Made by a program: the position numbers and the translations under genes
The notes under the pieces: generated by a model
What the model was told of the DNA's origin: nothing
Databases searched by the model: none
The model's input: only the letters and a program-made list of their open reading frames with translations
Shown: positions 1-12,909 of the stretch, piece by piece
How the letters are laid out: every line of letters begins with the position of its first letter
How positions within the stretch are numbered: position 1 is the first letter of the stretch
DNA from: Mobula hypostoma
Taxonomy: Eukaryota
Assembly (NCBI RefSeq): GCF_963921235.1
Contig: NC_086107.1
Coordinates: 96,350,001-96,414,000 of the forward strand
Direction of reading: 5' to 3'
DNA length: 64,000 bases

Positions 1-1128
1 GTGGAGCTGAGAAACAGGAAAGGTATGGCCACATTAGTTGTATTATAGACCACCCAATAGTCAGCGAGAATTGGAGGAGCAAATCTGTAGAGAGATAGCG
101 GGCAACTGCAGAAAACATAAAGTTGTGGTGGTAGGGGATTTTAATTTTCCACATATTGATTGAGACTCCCGTACTGTAAGGAGTCTAGATGGGTTAGAGT
201 TTGTAAAATGTGTTCAGGAAAGTTTTCTAAATCAATATATAGAGGTACCAACTAGAGAGGATGCAATATTAGATCTCCTATTAGGGAACGAGTTAGGACA
301 AGTGACGGAAGTGTGTGTAGGGGAACACTTTGGTTCCGGTGATCATAATGCCATTCGTTTCAACTTGAACATGGATAAAGATAGATCTAGTCCTAGGGTT
401 GAGGTTCTAAACTGGAAGAAGGCCAAATTTGAAGAAATGAGAAAGGATCTAAAAAGCGTAGATTGGGACAGGTTGTTCTCTGGCAAAGATGTGATCGGTA
501 AGTGGGAAGCCTTCAAAGGCGAAATTTTGAGAGTGCAGAGCTTGTATGTTCTTGTCAGGATTAAAGGCAAAGTGAATAGGAATAAGGAACCTTGGTTCTC
601 AAGGGATATTGCAACTCTGATAAAGAAGAAGAGAGAGTTGTATGACATGTATAGGAAACAGGGAGTAAATAAGGTGCTTGAGGAGTATAAAAAGTGCAAG
701 AAAATACTTAAGAAGGAAATCAGGAGGGCTAAAAGAAGACATGAGGTTGCCTTGGCAGTCGAAGTGAAGGATAATCCAAAGAGCTTTTACAGGTAAATTT
801 TGAGTAAAAGGATTGTAAGGGATAAAATTGGTCCTCTTGAAGATCAGAGTAGTCGGCTATGTGCGGAACCAAAAGAAATGGGGGAGATCTTAAATTTTTT
901 TTTTTTGCGTCTGTATTTACTCAGGAAACTGGCATGAAGTCTATGGAATTAAGGGAAACAAGTAGTGAGATCATGGAAACTGTACAGATTGAAAAGGAGG
1001 AGGTGCTTGCTATCTTTAGGCAAATTAAAGTGGATAAATCCCCAGGACCCGACAGGGTATTCCCTTGGACCTTGAAGGAGACTAGTGTTGAAATTGCAGG
1101 GGCCCTGGCAGATATATTTAAAATGTCA
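1..1128 (+). mobile_element. CR1-type LINE ORF2 fragment (endonuclease C-terminus to pre-RT region), decayed
   Basis: Motifs YYRPPNS, VVVGDFNFP, SGDHNAIRF and KSPGPD (ORFs 302..796, 859..1128) with stops and frameshifts; ends abruptly against hAT sequence. Confidence 0.9.
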
Positions 1129-2791
1129 GTCCGGAAAAGGGCAGGTGCTGTTGCGAAACTCAGAGAGAAAGTTCAGACAGAGAATCCGGAGCAGGAATTC
1201 TGGAATTTTCATTGTATTATACAGCAAGAGGCGTTATGTAGCAGGAGCCTGAAAATGGACAATGTCATGCATGTAGTGATCAAAACGGTTAATTTTATTA
1301 GAGCCAAAGGACTCAACCATCGGTAATTTGACACTCTTTTGTCCGAAAGTAATACTGGACACGGCCTACCCTACCACACTGAAGTCCACTGGTTGAGCAG
1401 AGGGGTTGTGCTCAAACGTTTTTTTCAATTACGTGCGGAAATTGGACTATTCATGAATGAGAAAGGGAAGCCAGTGGCAGAATTGGATGACCCAGACTGG
1501 CTTCATGATCTTGCATTTTTGGTGGCTATAACAGAGCACTTAAATGTGCTTAATGATAACGTGCAAGGCCGCAACAAACTTGTTACAGAATACTATGACA
1601 GCATTCGTGCCTTTCAAGTTAAATTAGGCCTGTGGGAGATGCAACTATCCCGGAGCAACCCAACTGATTTCCCCTCTTTGCAGTCTGTGCGTGTCGCTCA
1701 TGGGAATAATGACAACATGGACAGGTACAAGGACAAAATATCACAGCTGAAAAGTGAGTTTCAGAATAGTTTCCAAGTCTTCACTCAGCTCGAGAAGGAA
1801 TTCTCACTACTTTATTCGCCGTTTGCCGTCATCGCAGCATCAGATGTGCCAGAGGAACTCCAAATGGAACTATTTGAAAATCAGTATAACTTGGCTTTGA
1901 AATATAAATTTGAGACTGTGGGTCTGGACTCATTCTATCAATACCTGGGACCGACGTACCCCAAGATGACAGACTTTGCCTCAAAGATCCTTTGCATGTT
2001 CGTGATAACATATCTCTGTGAGCAGGCGTTCTCCATAATGAACATTAACAAATCCAAACTGTGCTCGCAGCTGACACACAGACATCTAAATGACATTATG
2101 AAAATCACAACTGCCCAGAAACTGGTCCCTGACGTTGACAGGCTGGTTAAAGCCAAGAGTTGTCAGGTGTCTGGAAGCAGCAAGTGAAAAATGAGTGACA
2201 CTGTTTGAAGCGCTGCGACATGTAAGCAAAATGCATTATGAAATATTGAGTGTCATAATATTGTGATTCATTCATTCTGACTTCTATTATTGTATATGTG
2301 ATCACTTCAATAAAAATTAGAGGCGAACTGTGTTCATTGTCTGAGTTTGATTGCTGGAAGCAGGCTAATAAAAATTAGGTGCAGTTGTGTAGCCTACATT
2401 TACAATTTGTTTCGTTAGGTCTACATTTGTGTCTGCTAATGTTCGATTTCAAATGGTTTATTAATGGAAAGGGTGTGGCTCCCAAAACAATCTTAGCCAA
2501 AATAGCATCGTTTTTTTTCTCTCTCTCATCACAACTTTCTTGTAGCCTCCAACTGTAAGTTAATACTAATCATAAAAATAATGCTTGCTAAGCAATCTTC
2601 TTCATAAGAAATGAAATTTGTAAAGTGAAACACTTTGTAGTTACAGCAGAGACTGAGACACATGGGAGCAGGTTGAAAAAACGAAGGCAACGAAAGCTGT
2701 GGGAACACGGGCGTGCACAACTGATCCAGCCCGCATGAAGTCACATTTTGCCCGATCCGGCCCATGACCTAAAATGAGTTTGACACCCCTG
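1129..2791 (+). mobile_element. hAT DNA transposon, 3' part (Charlie/SPIN-type, GTF2IRD2-like transposase)
   Basis: HCIIQQEALC, HTEVHWLSRG and TYLCEQAFS motifs in ORFs 859..1326 and 1339..2187, one internal stop at 1324; right TIR TGAGTTTGACACCCCTG at 2775..2791 (reverse complement CAGGGGTGTCAAACTCA). Confidence 0.88.
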
Positions 2792-2799
2792 ACATAGCA

Positions 2800-4070
2800 C
2801 AGTTAAAAACCTACATTGACCAAAGTGTTGTACAGATCAAAGCAGATAGCTAAAATCACAAATACAAGAAACACAGACATAACCAACAAGGCAAACAGCT
2901 TATAGGCATGAAAGAAACAACACAAGGGCCTAGGCACAAGCCAAAAATTATCCATATCAGGAGGATTCAAAGTCTAGTGAATAAAAGTAAGTTTTCAGCC
3001 TGAATTTAAAAGTCAGTGGAGGTGATAAAAGTCTTAAGGGGATTCTCAGATTGCTGTAAATAACGGTTAAGGTTGAGTCTGTGTATTCTGGTTTGAGAAT
3101 GGCTGCAGTGTGTTTCAGCAGCTGCTCTTTGGAGTGAGATAAGGTTAAAAAGCTCACAAAACCCACAAAAGTATGTCTCCTGACTTTTCACACCTTTTGG
3201 TTTCGACAAAAGGCGGTTGCTGATGGAGATTAGACAGGACGTTCCTTTCTTAATTAAAGCATAAAAGTTTGTGGATGTTCTTATCTTTGTAATTAAGTTT
3301 TGGCTCTAATAAACCAGGTAGGGCATTCCTTTCTTAATTAAAGTGGCTAGAGTGTCTATTAAACTGGTTGTTCTTTTGGATCAATAATCCACTTACTTGA
3401 CTGGAATATCTATTTTGTTTGAGGTGATTAAGTGGTCTTTTTCTCCGACTATCACTGTTGCTGAACATGTGTCTGTGGGGATTAGCTAGAAATTGTTTTC
3501 TGCATACGTGATAAAGATGGTATAAAAACTCTGTATCTCTGTGCTTCGACAGAGAGAACTCCATGACTGACTCTGTGAGAGTGCAGAAGGAGGGTTCTCC
3601 CTCGTAGCTTGCGACTAATAAAGATGGAAAAGAATCAACTGGGGTACTTGTTTCATTACATCGGGTTGATCACCATTGACAGAGGGGGCAGATTTGATAG
3701 GGAGGGGAATGCTGTTTCACAGTCTAGGGGCTACAATAGCAAAGCTGCGGTCACCCCTGAGCTTAAGTTTAGATCGTGGGACAGCCAGGAGCCCAAGTCA
3801 GCCGACCTGAGGGACCTGGAAGAAGAATAAGGGGTTAGAAGGTCTGTGATATAAGGGGGGCAGCCCATTTAGGGCTTTATAAACAAACAGGAGAATTTTT
3901 AAATCAATTCTGAACTGTACTGGCAGCCAGTGGAAGGAGGCCAGGATAGGAGTAATATGGTCCCTCTTCCAGGCACCTGTCAGGAGCTGGCTGCGACAAT
4001 CTGGACCAGTTGCAGACAGGACAGGGACCACTGACTAATCCCAGTATAGAGCGAGTTGGAGTAGTCCAAG
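2800..4070 (-). mobile_element. L2-type LINE 3' fragment, split by an LTR-like insert
   Basis: Minus-strand RDHITPILASFHWLPVQFRIDLKILL (3798..4031), then GDRSFAIVAPRL and TFKFRLKTYFYS, the typical L2 ORF2 C-terminus. Confidence 0.8.
3036..3660 (+). mobile_element. LTR-like fragment (3' part)
   Basis: Non-coding; AATAAA near 3617; ends in TTCATTACA; clearly similar to 5410..5780. Confidence 0.6.
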
Positions 4071-5318
4071 TACAGTGGACATGATCTTCTCACTGCTTCA
4101 GCTGCAGGAGAGATGTCGCAAGCTGCAGAAGCCACTGTACACAGCCTTTAGTGATCTGACAAAGGCGCTCGACCTAGTCGGCAGAACTGGGTTCTTCAAA
4201 CTCCTGCTAAAGACTGGCTGCCCCTGAAGACTGAGCAGCATTATTCCATCCTTCCACAAGGACATGCACAGCACTGTCTGCTTCAATGGAGCAACTTCTG
4301 ATGCCTTTCCAGTGAGCAGCAGAGTGAAACAAGGTTATATCCTGACACCGAACCTCTTCGGCATCTTCTTCTCCGTGCTTCTTCACTATGCTCTCGCAGA
4401 CTGCACTGAAGGCACCTACCTTCGCAGCACAAGAGATGATGACAAGCTCTTCAACATCGCTCGCTTGTGCTCCAAGACCAAAGTTAGGACAGCCCTCATC
4501 CACCAGATGCAGTTTGCAGGTGATGCAGCATTGATGTCACACACTAAAGGTGGACTCCAACAACTGATTAACCGCTTCGCTCACGCTGCAATGAGTTTGG
4601 GTATTAACCATCAGACTGAAGATAACCAATGTCGTGGCCTAGGGTGCACAATCTCCAAACGTCACCATTGATGGTTGTTCTCTTGTAATTGATTTCTTCA
4701 CTCATCTTAGGTCGACCATCACCAGCTCCGTCCCTCAAAGCAGAGGTGAACAGCAGGATTGATTGCCAAAGCTTCAGCTGTCTGGCCAGGCTGAACAAGA
4801 GAGTGTGGAACAACAGACAGCTGACCAAGAACACCAAGCTGCGTGTGTACCACAGATGCCTCAGATGGCTGTCCATGTCAAATGGATGGACCAGGGATGC
4901 ATTCCCAAGGACATATTGCATGGCCAGCTGAGTGAAGGTTACCGCCAACAAGGAAGACCATGTCTCCACTACAGGGACGTCTGCAATTGTGACATGAAGC
5001 TGGCAGGCATTGACCTCAAACACATGGGAGGAAGCAGTTGAAGACCAGCCAGCATGGATGGCCACAGTCAAAAGCGTGTGCAACGTGCTGAGACAGCATG
5101 GACCTAAGATGCTCATCGACAAGACAGCCAGAAGAAAACCCAGAGCACCTTCCTCCTTCACCTGCAGCCACTATGAAAGAGACTGTCACTCTAGAGCGGG
5201 GCTGTACAGCAACTCAAGAAAGTGCAAATAGCCCCAAGTCTATAACCCCAAGAACCATCGGAAAAAACGTCACACCTTCGTCTCAGCCAGACGTACGCAT
5301 GCCGCCGCTGCTGACGGT
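4071..5318 (+). mobile_element. RTE-clade LINE, RT to 3' end, internally deleted (copy 1)
   Basis: DMIFSLLQLQE..KPLYTAF.DLTKA, SRVKQG.IL.PNLF and QGRPCLHYRDVC motifs, C-terminal Cys/His motif; many frameshifts. Confidence 0.85.
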
Positions 5319-5320
5319 GT

Positions 5321-6290
5321 TGTCACGAAATGATAAAGGAGGGAATGTGGAAATATCTGTAACCCTGAAGTCTTAATGAATTTGTAATTTTGATAAAGTT
5401 TAAGGGAATGGGGGATTCTCAAGATTCCTGTAAACAATAGATTCAGTACTGACTATGCCTGTGACTGCAGTCTGTTTGAATAATGTCTCACAGCTGCTTT
5501 CTTTGGAGAAGATAAGGGTTAAAGTTCGCCCAGATCTACATATATGTCTCTGGGCTTGTCACACCTTTTGATTTTGACAAAAAGCAATACCTGATGGAAA
5601 TTAGACAGAACATTCCTTTCTTAATTAAAGCATAAATTTGACGGATGTTCTTATCTTTGTAATTAAGTTGTGGCTCCAGCAAACCAGGTAGGACATTCTT
5701 TTCTTTAATTAAGATGGCTGGAGTGTCTAACAAATTGACTGTACTTTTGTATCAATACTCCATTGACTTGACTGGAATAGTTATCAAACTGATTGTTCTC
5801 TGTATCAATAGTCCAGTAACTTGATCAGAATGGTTATCAAACTGATTGTTCTTTTGTATCGGTGGCCTTATAACTTCTGACAATTCTGACATCAGGCAGT
5901 GAACTTATAGAACCGCCGGGGAGATGAGAAATGTTCTTTCCCTGATGTCGGGTCCAAGTTCACTTGCCGGCTCAGCTCGAAGAAATAAACGGGTGGAAAG
6001 ATAAGAAACTATCTTTTTGTGCTGTCATTATTTGATATAGCAAAATTATGTTTACAACTTCTGTAAAATGTAATGAAAATGGGTCTATGAAATTCAAATG
6101 ATCTTTGCTGGTTTGGGTTAGCTAACTTTGTGTTATTTGGGAACAAACTTGATGACAGGCAATGGTTTTATGGCTAGAGGGGGTGTTTGATAACAGGGGA
6201 AACAAGATGGATCTTCTAAAGATCAAATGTGTGAATGACATAAGAATGAAGATAACAAATAGGAATGTAATGTTATGGAATGGAGCAATC
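5321..6290 (+). mobile_element. LTR-like sequence following the RTE
   Basis: Starts TGTCACG; short internal tandem repeats (TATCAAACTGATTGTTCT) at about 5780-5860; parts match 3036..3420 and 57781..58080. Confidence 0.55.
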
Positions 6291-6379
6291 CAATCACTGT
6301 TCTTTGTTTTAAAAAAGGTGTAGAAGTACTTTGGTTTAAACAGAAGATTGGAGCTATATTTCCAGACGAAACTTGGCTG

Positions 6380-6856
6380 GAAGTATATCTCCTCCGGCAA
6401 CATCCACGGTATGTACGACGGCAATTAGGAAGACCCTCAGACCATCTCAAAGACTACTCCAAGCAAGTCATCCACAGGCGATGTCATCACTGAGTGCAGA
6501 AAATAGTTGGAAAGATGGACCGAACACGACCAGGGAGTCAAGGCCAGCCCTGCATTAGAAGATGTCTGAAAGCAGGGGACATAGACCAAACAACCTGGGA
6601 AGTTGCGGCAGCTGCTGACAGACCATCAAGGCAGGCATAGAGCGAGCAGAAGGAAGAAGAGCAACAGGAAGCAAAGCGAGAGTGCAAACAAAGGGAAGCA
6701 TTGACATCAGCACCTCCATAGCCTGGTAAAACATTCACTTGCAGAAACTGCAGCAGGACCTGCTGCTCCAAACTTGAACACTGCAACCCTATAATGGACT
6801 GACCCATAGTGCACACTCCATTGTTCTTTAAGACAGGCAGATGCAATCATCATCAA
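6380..6856 (+). mobile_element. RTE-like LINE 3' end, heavily decayed
   Basis: Decayed terminal Cys-rich motif (F-T-C-R-N-C-S-R-T-C) and tail GGCAGATGCAATCATCATCAA. Confidence 0.5.
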
Positions 6857-6982
6857 TTGAATTAATAAGTTTTTAGCAAGACTGAATCTGTACTTTCACT
6901 ACGATAAAACTTGTATTTTCAACATGTATTTTTCACAATATTTGTTAAGACACCCCCTCCCATTGGGCACAATACGATATAG

Positions 6983-7353
6983 CAGTTACATGCTGATAAA
7001 AGGTATCCTCCCCCAACCCCTTTTGGAAGCTGTCAGGTTTTATTGTTTTACACCATTGAATCACAGTGGATTTAATTGGGCTTATTTTGACACTAATCAA
7101 CAGAAAAAGACTTTAGTGTTAAAGTGAAAACAGATCTCTACAAAGTGATCAAAATTAATTATAAATATAAAACATAAAATAATTGATCGCTTAAGTTTTA
7201 ACCCCTTTAATATGACACACCAAATCATCACTGGTGCAGCCAATTGGTTTCAGAAGTCACATAATTCATTAAATGCAGATGACCTATGCGCAGTCAAGGT
7301 GGTTCAATTGACTGTAGTAAAAATACACCTATATCTGGAAGGTCCAACTGCTG
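6983..7353 (+). mobile_element. Tc1-like transposon left end, no transposase
   Basis: Resembles fish Tc1 IR/DR left arms (CCCCTTTTGGAAG..TTTTATTGTTTTAC..TTGAATCACAGTGGATTTAAT..AAAGTGAAAACAGAT) and ends at GAAGGTCCAACTGCTG. Confidence 0.6.
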
Positions 7354-7354
7354 A

Positions 7355-7690
7355 GGGGTCTTGCTGGACAGGACTGGGGTGCGAGCAGGATATCACTATT
7401 AAATATTTATCAAGCTCTAATGAGGGCTACGTTGGATTATGGATGAGTAGCATACATGTCAGCTGTAGAAAGTAATTTAAAAATGCTGGATGTTGAGGAA
7501 GCTCAGGCCCTCAGGATATGTAGTGGTGCATTCAGAACATCACCTTTATCAGCTCTTCAAGTCGAGATCAGGGAAATGTCATTAAGACTTAGAAGAATAA
7601 AGCTAATGTTACATTACTGGATAAACATCATGGGGCATAACTACTCACATCCAGCTGAAGCTATATTAAAAGACTGCTGGGAGCATAACA
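7355..7690 (+). mobile_element. I/Nimb-like LINE fragment (post-RT region)
   Basis: LLNIYQALMRATLDYG and QALRICSGAFRTSPLSALQVE motifs. Confidence 0.7.
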
Positions 7691-10642
7691 TAGCCCAAGC
7701 GGAGCAGCCAGTGGAAAGCGGCCAGTGAGTGAGTGGGCCAGTGAAGGAGTGGAGCTTAGAGGCTTTGACTCGAGAGGCTTCGACAAGGAGGGGCGGAGGA
7801 CGAGCTTGCTCCCAGTTAGGCTTTAGAATGCCTCCTGAGATGGTGATGTGCTTCTCATCACCATCTCAGATGTGAGATGTGGCAGTCTTGGGGGAATTCC
7901 CCACTCCTGCAGAGTCACATCTGCCAGAAGTGCATGCCGCTGGGCGATATGGAAGACCGTATACAGAATCTAGAGCAGCAGCTGCATGACTTTCGACTAA
8001 TAAGGGAGAATGAGACAGTCATAGATGAGAGCTACAGGGAGGAAGTCACACCTAGGCTTTCGGAAGCAGGTCGTTGGGTGACAGTTAGAGGGGGGAAAGC
8101 GAAGGTGAGTAGACAGGTAGTGCAGAGCACCCCTGTAGCCATTCCCCTGAATAATAAGTATACCGTCCTGGAGACTGTTGGTGGGGACGACCAACCAGGG
8201 GTAATCCACGATGGCAGGGCCTCCAGCACTGAGTCTGACCCTGTGGTGCAGAAGGGTGCAACGGAGAAGAGGACAGCTGTCATCATTGGGGACTCTATAG
8301 TCAGGAGAGCAGACAGGAGATTTTGTGGACGTGAGAAGGACACCCGCATGGTTTGTTGCCTCCCACATGCCAGGGTCCGGGATCTCTCTGACCGGGTGCG
8401 CAACATCCTGGTACGAAAGGGAAAGCAACCAGAAATTGTGATACATGTTGGTACCAACGACAAAGGCAGGAAGAGGGATGAGGTCCTGAAGTGTGAGTTT
8501 TGGGAACTAGGCAGAAGGCTGAAGAACAGGAATTCAAGGGTGGCGATCTCAGGATTGCTGCCAGTGCTACATGATAGAGCTGGTAAGAATTGGAGGAGAT
8601 GGCAGTTGAATGTGTGGCTGAGGAGTTGGTGCAGGGGGCAGGGTTTTAGATTTTTGGATCATTTGGATCTCTACTGGGAAAGGTGAGACCTGTACAGATT
8701 GGATGGGTTGCACCTGAACTGGAGGAGGAGCAACATCCTTGCAGGTAGGTTTGCTAGCATGGTTCAGAAGGGTTTAAACTAATTTGCAAGGGGGATGGGA
8801 CCCAGAGAGATAGAACAGTGGAAGAAGTGCATGGAGTAAAGCCATATCTAACATATAAACAGGATTTGAGAAAAGAGAAGCAGAATAAAGGATGTTAAGG
8901 TAGAAGGGCTAAATTGCATGTACTTCAACGCAAGAAGCATCAGGAACAAAGTTGATGAAATGAGAGCTTGGATACATACATGGAATCATGATTTAGTGGC
9001 CATTACAGAGACTTGACTTGCACTAGGGCAGGAATGGATTAGAGATAAAGGTGGGAAGATGTGCCTGGAGGCTGTGGAAGTGAGCGAGGTCCTCAATGAA
9101 TACTTCTCTTCGGTATTCACCAATGAGAGGGAACTTGATGACGGTGAGGACAATATGAGTGAGGTTGATGTTCTGGAGCATGTTGATATTAAGGGAGAGA
9201 AGGTGTTGGGAGTTGTTAACATACATTAGGACGGGTAAGTCCCCCGGGCCTGATGGAATATTCCCCAGGCTGCTCCATGAGGTGAGGAAAGAGATTGCTG
9301 AGCCTCTGGCTAGGATCTTTATCTTTATCTATATTCCTGTCATCCACGGGAATGGTACCAGAGGATTGGAGGGAGGCAACTGTTGTCCCCTTGTTCAAAA
9401 AAGGTAGTAGGGATAGTACAGGTAATCATGTTTGCTGTTGTGTGCTGGGGCAGCAGGCTGAGGGTAGCAGACACCAACAGAATCAACAAACTCATTCGTA
9501 AGGCCAGTGATGTTGTGGGGATGGAACTGGACTCTCTGACGGTGGTGTCTGAAAAGAGGATGCTGTCCAAGTTGCATGCCATCTTGGACAATGTCTCCCA
9601 TCCACTACATAATGTACTGGTTGGGCACAGGAGTACATTCAGCCAGAGACTCATTCCACCGAGATGCAACACTGAGCGTCACAGGAAGTCATTCCTGCCT
9701 GTGGCTATCAAACTTTATAACTCCTCCCTTGGAGGGTCAGACACCCTGAGCCAATAGGCTGGTCCTGTACTTATTTCCTTCTGGCATAATTTACATATTA
9801 TTAATTATTTATGGTTTGTATTGCTATATTATACTCTATTCTTGGTTGATGCAACTATAACGAAACCCAATTTCCTTCGGGATCAATAAAGTATGTCTGT
9901 CTATCTATCTATAGACCAGTGAGCCTTACGTCTGTGGTGGGAAAGCTGTTGGAAAAGATCCTTAGAGATAGGATCTATGGGCATTTAGAGAATCATGGTC
10001 TGATCAGGGACAGTCAGCATGGCTTTGTGAAGGGCAGATCATGTCTAACAAGTCTGATAGAGTTCTTTGAGGAGGTGACCAGGCATTTAGATGAGGGTAG
10101 TGCAGTGGATGTGATCTACATGTATTTTAGTAAGGCATTTGACAAGGTTTCATACGGTAGGCTTATTCAGTAAATCAGAAGGCATGGGATCCAGGGAAGT
10201 TTGGCCAGGTGGATTCAGAATTGGCTTGCCTGCAGAACTGCAGAGGGTCGTGGTGGAGGGAGTACATTCGGATTGGAGGGTTGTGACTAGTGATGTCCCA
10301 CAAGGATCAGTTCTGGGACCTCTACTTTTCTTGATTTTTATTAACGACCTGGATGTGGGGGTAGAAGGGTGGGTTGGTAAGTCTGCAGACAACACAAAGG
10401 TTGGTGGTGTTGTGGATAGTGTAGAGGATTGTTGAAGATTGCAGAGAGACAATGATAGGATGCAGAAGTGGGCTGAGAATTGGCAGATGGAGTTCAACAT
10501 GGAGAAGTGTGAGGCGGTACACTTGGAAGGACAAACTCCAAGGCAGAGTACAAAGTAAATGACAGGATACTTGGCAATGTGGAGGAGCAGAGGGATCTGG
10601 GGGTACAGGTCCACAGATCCCTGAAAATTGCCTCACAGGTAG
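7690..10642 (+). mobile_element. CR1 LINE: 5'UTR, ORF1 (Zn finger + SGNH esterase), EN start fused to RT; interrupted by Rex and Gypsy insertions
   Basis: ORF 7877..8686 GDSIVR..HVGTND (SGNH); YFNARSI EN start at about 8920; KSPGPDGI, QHGFVKGRSCLT and [11 protein letters not shown] motifs; resumes at 17136. Confidence 0.9.
9427..9909 (+). mobile_element. Rex1/Babar-like LINE 3' end inserted in the CR1 RT
   Basis: FAVVCWG..RINKLIRKAS..SHPLH..RCNTERHRKSFLPVAIKLYN; tail GATCAATAAAGTATGTCTGTCTATCTAT; the CR1 motif GN|YRPVSLTS is split exactly here. Confidence 0.85.
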
Positions 10643-10752
10643 TGTCACGCAGGTGAGAAACTGCTAGAAAATTCAGGAGTCTAATGAACAAGGAGGCAAT
10701 TAAAAGAGAGATAGGACTCAGACTTTGTTTTGATAACACTTTTAATTGTGAC

Positions 10753-10787
<35 letters not shown>

Positions 10788-11308
10788 GGCGCCAGCTGAG
10801 ACACCAGCTGGGAAGTCGCTATGGTAACAGCTCAGAGAGGATGAGCTAACCGACAGCTGGAATTTCGGATGGATTATAAAAGGTGATCCTTTTGTCTGAT
10901 AACGAGGAGGGGTAACGACACGGGAGAACTGCGGAAGCTATCCGAGAAACCACTGGTGGAGTTTAAGACCACCAAGAGGGTGGAGGCCACGGACCAATTA
11001 ATTTCCACCCGTGATTACCAATGCGGGTAAGAGCTTGCCTGTGGGGGTCTGCTGGTGGTGAACCCGTGCCGTGGGTTAGTAGACCGTTCTCTAGAAGGGG
11101 CTCTGTCTATCTGTGTCTGTGTGGGGGTCACACCAAGTGACTCTGAAGACTTCGGAAGCAAGAACAACTAAAGCTGCCAACTTGAACATCAACTCAATTA
11201 ACCCTCTCTTTCTCCATCAATTCAACTCGACGCAACACAAACTGAACTAAACTCCATGTGTGTTTCATTTCTGCTGGTCCTTTTCAACCCGTCACGGGGT
11301 TCGTGACA
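10643..11308 (+). repeat. 5' LTR, family A
   Basis: TGTCACGC..CGTGACA termini; (GA)n tract; TATAAAA; matches 16445 and 29715 copies. Confidence 0.92.
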
Positions 11309-11312
11309 AAAT

Positions 11313-11331
11313 TGGGGGCTGCGTCTGGGAT
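11313..11331 (+). promoter_or_regulatory. Primer-binding site, tRNA-Pro-like
   Basis: TGGGGGCTGCGTCTGGGAT, 4 nt after the LTR, compared with canonical tRNA-Pro PBS TGGGGGCTCGTCCGGGAT. Confidence 0.75.
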
Positions 11332-12909
11332 CAGAACAAATTTGGTTGAAGCCAATTTTCGAAATTGTGTGGGGGCTTGTCCTCATTGGGGAAATCCCTT
11401 GTAATTAATCTTTGTGTGGAAAAACAGCAGAAATGGATGTTGCGAAATTTCTGGCAAAGCCAAACCCTGTGGTTTTGCAGAGAGCTAAAAAGGATGATGT
11501 GCGGGACATTGCTAAAGAATTGAGAATTGAGATAAAGAATTGTATGACTAAGATAGAAATTCAAAGAGAAATAGTTGAATATTATGTTTCGGCGAAACAA
11601 TTTACTGAGGATGTGTTGAAAATGTTCGCTGGAGGTACACTTACTGAGACTGAGATTCAGCTTCAGGTGGAGCAATGCAGGCTGGAGGCTGTGGATAGGA
11701 AAAGACAGCATAAGTTGCAACTGAAACATCTCGAGGCGGAAGAGGCAGAAAAACAGAGAAGCAGAAAGACAGAGGGAGTTTGAGAGGGAGATGCGGCGTC
11801 AAAAGGGTCAAGTGTCAAGCCGTGGTAGCGAGAGGGGTGTATCAATTAATGTCAATCAGGAAATTAAGTTGGTACCTCCGTTTGCTGAAGGAGACATTGA
11901 TAGGTACTTCCACATTTTGAGGAAGTGGCTCAGAACAGGAAGTGGCCGAGGGAGGACTGGGCAGTATTGCTGCAAACTGTGTTAAAAGGGAAAGCACAAC
12001 AAGCATATTCTGCCTTGTCTGTGACTGAGTCGACTAATTATAATGCTGTGAAGGAGGCTGTGCTTAAGGTCTATGAAATGGTGCCAGAAGCGTACCGACA
12101 GAAGTTTCGGAGTTTGAGGAAGTCTTGGAACCATTCATATATAGAGTTTACCTGTGAAAAGGAGAGGTACTTTGATTGGTTGTGTGACTCAAAAGAGGCA
12201 GACGAGGACTACCACAAAGTGAGACAGCTGATGCTGATCGAGGAATTTAAAGAGTGTGTCCCTAGTGACATACGGACATACTTAGAAGAGAAAGCGGTTG
12301 ATACTCTTTCCGCGGCTGCTAGGTTAGCGGATGAGTTTGCCCTGACTCACAAGATTAAGTTTTTCCTGAGCAAGGATTATCAGAAGAGTTACCGGGATAA
12401 TCCGCCGAGTAAAACAGAAAACAAGGCAGGAGTAGTGACAGAGGTAAAGAGGAGAGGAAACCAACCAAAGATAAGTTTTCCAGTTTTACCTGTTACTACT
12501 GCAGGAAGCCTGGCCATATGGTGTCTAACTGTCTACTTCGGAAGAAAGAAATGGGAAAGGAGAAGGGGAAAACCCCCGACATGTGTGCCATGGCGGCTGA
12601 GACCACACGAAGGAAGGTGGGGTCTGGCCGAGTTCAGGAAGGGATTGAGTGGTTTATTTTCAAGGGTGTTGTGTCTGTGAAGGAGGGGTCACCCCTAGTT
12701 CCAGTGAGAATCTGGCGTGATACTGGAGCCTTTCAGTCACCAATATTAAGTGATATCTTAGAATTTGGTGACGAGACAAAAACGGACCAAGTGAATATTC
12801 TGGAAGGTATTGGCAAGGGAACAGAGGTTGTGCCTTTGCACAAAATAATTTTGAAATGTGACTTCGTGTCTGGACCAGTTGAGATAGGGATACGACCTAA
12901 ATTACCGAT

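Noticed and set aside
859..1326. ORF that looks like a CR1-hAT fusion protein
   Set aside because: Chance in-frame deletion junction at about 1128 between two decayed elements; no real start and a stop soon after
1339..2187. Host GTF2IRD2/ZBED-type domesticated gene
   Set aside because: 5'-truncated, has an upstream stop and retains a TIR, so it is a transposon remnant
10150..10648. Minus-strand ORFs of 100-200 aa over CR1/RTE regions (also 18201, 47873, 48336, 57021)
   Set aside because: Antisense shadows of TE coding sequence with no independent protein motifs
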